42,820 nt of DNA from an uncultured Anaerolineales bacterium (GTDB lineage: Bacteria > Chloroflexota > Anaerolineae > Anaerolineales > UBA11858): positions 1-42,820 of the forward strand of contig CAZLNX010000012.1 of the NCBI GenBank assembly GCA_964560795.1, in the 5' to 3' direction. This document shows, piece by piece, positions 38,811 to 42,820 of the stretch. How positions within the stretch are numbered: position 1 is the first letter of the stretch; each line of letters starts with the position of its first letter. The notes below the pieces were generated by a model. The model was not told the DNA's origin. It searched no databases and was given only the letters and a program-made list of their open reading frames with translations. The translations under genes and the position numbers were made by a program.

Positions 38811-39517
38811 TAGAAATCCTCTTCGTAGGATTCAGGCTCCTCGGATTTCTCTTTTTCCGCCATCTGGCGGGTGAACTCAGTGTACTTCTCATCCAGTGCT
38901 TCAGGGCTGTCAGCCGCTTCGCGGGCGGATTGCATGGCCTGCATGATCTCGTTGACGTCTTGATCCTCGCGGTACTCCGGGCTGAGGGAATCAGCTTCTT
39001 CGAGGATACCCAACAAGTCGTCGAATTTGTTCATGGCAAACTCGCCATCTACGCTGGCCCTGTCAATGTAGACGATCAAATCACCCAGGTCGATATCCGA
39101 GAGCAGCTTCGAGATACCAGTCTCGGCCATAACGCGGGCGCGTTCCTTGACCTGGACCAGGCCGTTGAGAATACGCATCTGCTTGGAGATAGCCTGCAGC
39201 ATGCTGTCCATATTACTGGCGCGCACATCCAATTCCTTGATTCGCCGGGCGATGACGCGTTGTTCGCGCTCGCTGGCGTTGCGAACGCCCTCCTCGAAGA
39301 GCTGGCGCTTCTTGCCTTCCACATCACGCAGGCGGGCCAGCATTTTGCGCTCTTCTTGATCCAGGCGCACCTTCTCCCTGCGCAGATCGTCCAGCTTGAG
39401 ATCTTCCAGGGTAGCGCCTTCGACGGTAGCCGGGGCTTCTTTATCATCAGCACCGCCAAACAGCAAATCCTTGACAATCGCCAGAGCATAATCTTTCAAA
39501 GTCCGTTTTTCTGCCAT
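38810..39517 (-). CDS. Snf7/ESCRT-III-like coiled-coil protein
   Basis: 235 aa of coiled coil. The C-terminal 40 aa are strongly acidic (EEPESYEEDF). Its stop overlaps the ATG of the Vps4-like gene (TAATG), suggesting translational coupling. Confidence 0.5.
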   Translation of the reverse strand: MAEKRTLKDYALAIVKDLLFGGADDKEAPATVEGATLEDLKLDDLRREKVRLDQEERKMLARLRDVEGKKRQLFEEGVRNASEREQRVIARRIKELDVRASNMDSMLQAISKQMRILNGLVQVKERARVMAETGISKLLSDIDLGDLIVYIDRASVDGEFAMNKFDDLLGILEEADSLSPEYREDQDVNEIMQAMQSAREAADSPEALDEKYTEFTRQMAEKEKSEEPESYEEDF

Positions 39518-39692
39518 GATAACTTCCTCCTGTTCGGTTTATAGATTTGGTTTTTTGACTTTTTGTAACCTTTCAGGGAGTGTTACTCTGAAGGCGTTTC
39601 TTGCCTGAATAATCTCCACGTTTGAGGTGGGAGACTCTTCGTTCGCATAAAACGCTCTCTCAGAGTGACATAGCTGAACGCTTACAACTTAT

Positions 39693-40916
39693 TTACACTT
39701 GAACAATCGCAGTGCCTATATCAGGCACCTCGGTCAGGACATACTCACCGCCGGCAGCCAAACGCTCAAATGCCTTGCGAAGCACGCCTTCGGCGTACGG
39801 CATTGTCTCCACAGCATACTGCAGGCTAAGACTATCATGAGTAATGAATTCCACCTCGATTAGGGCAACAACTTCATCAATTTCTTCACCTGGCAGTAAG
39901 GGGGCAAAGAGTTCAATATAGCCTCGCAAACGGGCGTCGTTCAGGTTATAGATCAGCTCCCCGGACTGCATATCATATAAGTAAACCAGTAGATTTTGGT
40001 GGGAAAAGGCTTTGTCAGGCCTATCACCCTGAATAACCGTCTTGGCGGCAGAATCCCAGCCGGTGGTGGCGGCCAAAGCAACCAGCGTTACCACCTGATC
40101 TACCTGAGCTATTTCCCCCAGGCTAAGCAGCCGTTGGGTCAATTCATTCTCGCCTAAAGGCTGGCTATCAAAGCCATCCCGCAGCATTTCTGGAATCCGG
40201 CTGAGAACCTGAACCTGGATACGCAGAGGCAGGCCCTGCTGACGCCTGCCTTTGGGTAAATCCCAACACACCCAGGCGTTCAGGGGAACTTTGGAGGTGG
40301 TTTCTTTGTCCAGGATCATTTTCCCAAGCAATTGCATGATCACTGTGCGTTCATCACCTACATCGCGGTACTCATCCAATTCCAAAACGGTCAGAATTTC
40401 TTCGGTGTGGGGATGGATGAAAGTATCAATCTGCTCGACCCGAGCCTGGATGCGGTTAATGAAATTAATCTCCTGCAAGCGAGCGCGGCTGCCCTTGAGA
40501 AATACAGCCAGCTCTCCCTGCTGGTAGGCGCTCTCGGCTTGCTCTTGTTTGTGGCTTTTATCGGGGATGTGCTTGAGGCAATGTCTTATCCCGTCCGACC
40601 AGCAACGAACGCAGATCAGTCCCTCGCAGCCCTCGGCAGCGCAAAGTTCGGCAATCTGATCGTCACTCTCCAGGATGCGGAAACAGGCATTGCACTTAAT
40701 AATGGAGGGGGGCGCTTCTTTCTTCTTTTGGGTTGGTTTGGTGCGCCCGCGGATCAACAACCCTTCCAGGTCCGCCTTGCGGATAAAATACAAACCGCCG
40801 ACTTTGGAAGCGGGCAAGTCGCCATTCCAAATTCGGCGGTAGATTGTACGGCGGGTAACACCTAAGTAGCGGGCCGCATCAGCAATTTTATAGAGTTCGG
40901 GGTCGTCTTGGTTCAC
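39693..40916 (-). CDS. DNA-binding protein: N-terminal excisionase/MerR-type HTH plus Cys-rich zinc-finger region and a C-terminal domain of unknown function
   Basis: IADAARYLGVTRRTIYRRIWNGDLPASKVGGLYFIRKADL is the HTH_17 pattern. CNAC...C..EGCEGLICVRCW cysteine cluster. Confidence 0.7.
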   Translation of the reverse strand: MNQDDPELYKIADAARYLGVTRRTIYRRIWNGDLPASKVGGLYFIRKADLEGLLIRGRTKPTQKKKEAPPSIIKCNACFRILESDDQIAELCAAEGCEGLICVRCWSDGIRHCLKHIPDKSHKQEQAESAYQQGELAVFLKGSRARLQEINFINRIQARVEQIDTFIHPHTEEILTVLELDEYRDVGDERTVIMQLLGKMILDKETTSKVPLNAWVCWDLPKGRRQQGLPLRIQVQVLSRIPEMLRDGFDSQPLGENELTQRLLSLGEIAQVDQVVTLVALAATTGWDSAAKTVIQGDRPDKAFSHQNLLVYLYDMQSGELIYNLNDARLRGYIELFAPLLPGEEIDEVVALIEVEFITHDSLSLQYAVETMPYAEGVLRKAFERLAAGGEYVLTEVPDIGTAIVQV

Positions 40917-40954
40917 GGATCTGTCTCATAAGTCCATCATATCGTTATTGTCCA

Positions 40955-41020
40955 TATTGTACACATTATTCACATTAAGTCAATAGTCAATGTACAACTA
41001 TGGACATGTATGTACATTAC
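40955..41020. promoter_or_regulatory. Cluster of TGTACA/ATGTACAT/ACATGT palindromes in an AT-rich stretch 40-100 nt upstream of the HTH gene
   Basis: TGTACA at about 40958, 40991 and 41011. The 8-bp palindrome ATGTACAT at 41010-41017. Confidence 0.35.
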
Positions 41021-41120
41021 TACCAGTATTATTTGGGGGTGTCGCGAACAATCACCCCTACCGGGGCGTATATCGTTACCCTTATCCCATATCCCATGCG
41101 ATTCGCGGACGTATGAACTC

Positions 41121-41160
41121 AAGGTTGAAAACGGCCTGCCTGAAAGGCAGGGGGTTTTCA
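41121..41160. terminator. Strong imperfect hairpin TTGAAAACGGCCTGCC-TGAAA-GGCAGGGGGTTTTCAA downstream of the kinase-FGE gene
   Basis: A 15-16 bp stem with 2-3 mismatches. The U-rich stretch is within the stem rather than trailing it. Confidence 0.3.
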
Positions 41161-41240
41161 ACCTATTTACAGACAATAATGTGCGTCCGATCAGCTCTTC
41201 GATGCGGTACTTTTCAGCAGGATACCACCGGGTTGGTAGG

Positions 41241-42820
41241 TCATTGGTCTGCATCCATGGCGCAGCGGAAACCACGGTCGTACCTAGGGTTATTGGGAAA
41301 GTCCCTTCCCCTGTTAGCGGAACCAACGTACCCATCATTGAAGTAAAAGGAGCCGCCCCGCCGAACGCGGTAGTCGCCTGAAGTCGGGCCTTCGGGGTTG
41401 TTGGATGGTGAGTTGTTATAGTAATTTTCATCATACCTGTCAGCCACCCACTCCCAAACATTCCCAGCCATATCGTACAACCCGTAGCCATTTGGGGCAA
41501 ATAACCCTGTTTCTACTGTCGCGCCGCTGCACCTACCGTACTGTGCGCCATTCGATGCGCCAGGGGTACAAACCGGGTCTTCGTTGCCCCACGGGTATTG
41601 CTTCCCTTCCAGACCACCCCGGGCAGCTTTTTCCCATTCGGCTTCCGAAGGCAGGTGCCGCCCAGCCCACTCACAATAAGCCCGCGCCCCATACCAGCTC
41701 ACTTTGATTACAGGGTGATTCCCGTAACTGCTTTTGGGTTGCCATTCGCCGCTGCTCAGCACAGTATGTACATATTCATCGCTGTATTCACCGCCTGTAT
41801 CCAACCAGGTCGCTCCCCCTTCACTCTGGTTGCCCAATTCATTCAGGAAAGCCGCGTACATAGCATTGGTTACTTCGGTCTGGTCGATCCAGAAAGTATC
41901 CAGATAGACAGTGTGGATGGGCTTTTCATCATCAGATACATTGCTGCCCATCGCGAACTTCCCGGCCGTCACTAAAACTTGAACCATGGCATCTTTGGGT
42001 GATACCTGGGTTGAACCAACACTTAATGCTGGTGCAGGCGTAGCACTTGGTTTGAAAGTTTTCGTTGATGTGGGGGGGGGAGCTGAGGTAGCAGTATGTG
42101 ATGACCAGATTGTGATTGTAAGGTTGGGTTCAAGCGTAAGCGTAGAAGTTGCGGATAATTCAGGAACCGACGTGGTTTCAATCGCCTTTGCGACAGGGGT
42201 ATCCTGCCGGCGTTCTGGCGAACCAACCCATAAATTCCCAATCAGAACTAAGCCCGCAACTATCCCTGTGAGAACCAGCCCACTGCTCAGGAACCAGGCC
42301 CAAATAGGTAGTTTCCCCCACCTAGGTTTTTGCAGGCCTATGCCTCGCTTCGACAACCATCTAAGACCATCTCTCAGCATCCCAGCAGCTTTCGCACCGT
42401 CAAATGGTCGTTGATCCGGATTTTCAGCCAACATTTCCAACAGCAGGCTGTCAAGCCAGGCTGGAATTCTATTATTGAGTGCACTGGCTTTTGATCCGCG
42501 TTCAACATTGTTGTAATTCCGCCCAATCAGCATTTCAAACAGCACCAGTCCCAGTGCGTAAACATCTGAAGAAGGTCGCAGATAAAAGCCTGTTCGTTCC
42601 TGCTCTGGGCTCATGTAGCCTGGTGTTCCCGGATGTGGCGTGGGTTGGCTGAGTTGTGAACGTAACGAAGGCCCCCCAGGTACCTGTGCTAACCCAAAGT
42701 CAGCCACCTTGGCGCGGCCTTTGCCATCAAATAGTATGTTGCTTGGCTTCAGATCGCGGTGAACGGCATCTAAGGAGGTGTGCAAAAATAAGATCCCATT
42801 TTTGAAATGGTCTGGAAGAA
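41241..42820 (-). CDS. Ser/Thr protein kinase (C-lobe onward) fused to an FGE-sulfatase domain via TM and PT-linker. The N-lobe is beyond or truncated at the window end.
   Basis: The open frame continues to the window end (…GILFLHTSLDAVHRDLKPSNILF…). DFGLAQ and SPEQ motifs. TM segment LSSGLVLTGIVAGLVLIG. C-terminal [13 protein letters not shown]...RGGSFY...GFRCAM. Confidence 0.8.
   Translation of the reverse strand, partial: LPDHFKNGILFLHTSLDAVHRDLKPSNILFDGKGRAKVADFGLAQVPGGPSLRSQLSQPTPHPGTPGYMSPEQERTGFYLRPSSDVYALGLVLFEMLIGRNYNNVERGSKASALNNRIPAWLDSLLLEMLAENPDQRPFDGAKAAGMLRDGLRWLSKRGIGLQKPRWGKLPIWAWFLSSGLVLTGIVAGLVLIGNLWVGSPERRQDTPVAKAIETTSVPELSATSTLTLEPNLTITIWSSHTATSAPPPTSTKTFKPSATPAPALSVGSTQVSPKDAMVQVLVTAGKFAMGSNVSDDEKPIHTVYLDTFWIDQTEVTNAMYAAFLNELGNQSEGGATWLDTGGEYSDEYVHTVLSSGEWQPKSSYGNHPVIKVSWYGARAYCEWAGRHLPSEAEWEKAARGGLEGKQYPWGNEDPVCTPGASNGAQYGRCSGATVETGLFAPNGYGLYDMAGNVWEWVADRYDENYYNNSPSNNPEGPTSGDYRVRRGGSFYFNDGYVGSANRGRDFPNNPRYDRGFRCAMDADQ
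42774..42820. repeat. 47-bp terminal inverted repeat, copy 2
   Basis: See 3-49. Confidence 0.85.

Noticed and set aside
38702-39544. 280-aa plus-strand ORF
   Set aside because: It is antisense to the Snf7-like and Vps4-like genes and has no recognisable motifs.
40970-41500. 176-aa minus-strand ORF
   Set aside because: It is an out-of-frame overlap of the 3' end of the kinase-FGE gene 41241..42785. Only its last roughly 15 codons are meaningful, and they form the kinase N-terminal remnant reported in the findings.
1-42820. CRISPR arrays, tRNA/rRNA genes, transposase or integrase genes
   Set aside because: I searched by eye and found none. The only mobile-like content is the DUF559 and GxxExxY small-gene insertions.

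Overview
This is a 42.8 kb accessory-type region in which every convincing gene, about 30 in all, lies on the minus strand. The content is consistent with a Chloroflexota-like bacterium, but that is a low-confidence guess. The window has four main components.

1. Eleven Hanks-type Ser/Thr protein kinases. Six are fused to a C-terminal FGE-sulfatase (SUMF1-like) domain that appears to lack the catalytic cysteine pair. One is fused to a Bmp/PnrA-family nucleoside-binding periplasmic domain. The others carry zinc-ribbon, multi-TM or Thr/Pro-rich extracellular tails. There is also a kinase-less zinc-ribbon plus FGE protein.

2. The likely novel system: a tandem ESCRT-III/Vps4-like module. A Snf7-like coiled-coil protein is followed by a MIT-domain AAA ATPase, and this pair is repeated once. 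An HTH/zinc-finger putative regulator sits next to the module. Two SPFH/flotillin-like scaffold proteins, one with zinc ribbons at both termini, are encoded in the same one-strand gene array about 12 kb away.

3. Miscellaneous envelope genes: a vWA protein, an SH3b lipoprotein, an M48 peptidase fused to DUF1232, and a zinc-ribbon/beta-propeller/TPR giant protein.

4. Small selfish or decay features. A DUF559 endonuclease-like gene is inserted exactly between the two hairpins of a GC-rich double-hairpin repeat that occurs intact elsewhere in the window. A frameshifted GxxExxY-family pseudogene is flanked by about 75 bp direct repeats rich in ATTCGCGG. There are two kinase N-terminal gene remnants. 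A zinc-ribbon/TPR gene is split by an in-frame TAA. Two kinase paralogues share a 516 bp block of 100 percent identity.

Additional sequence features include a shared promoter-proximal tandem TCGCTAA motif upstream of two genes, TGTACA palindromes upstream of the HTH gene, and a perfect 47 bp inverted repeat at the two window termini.
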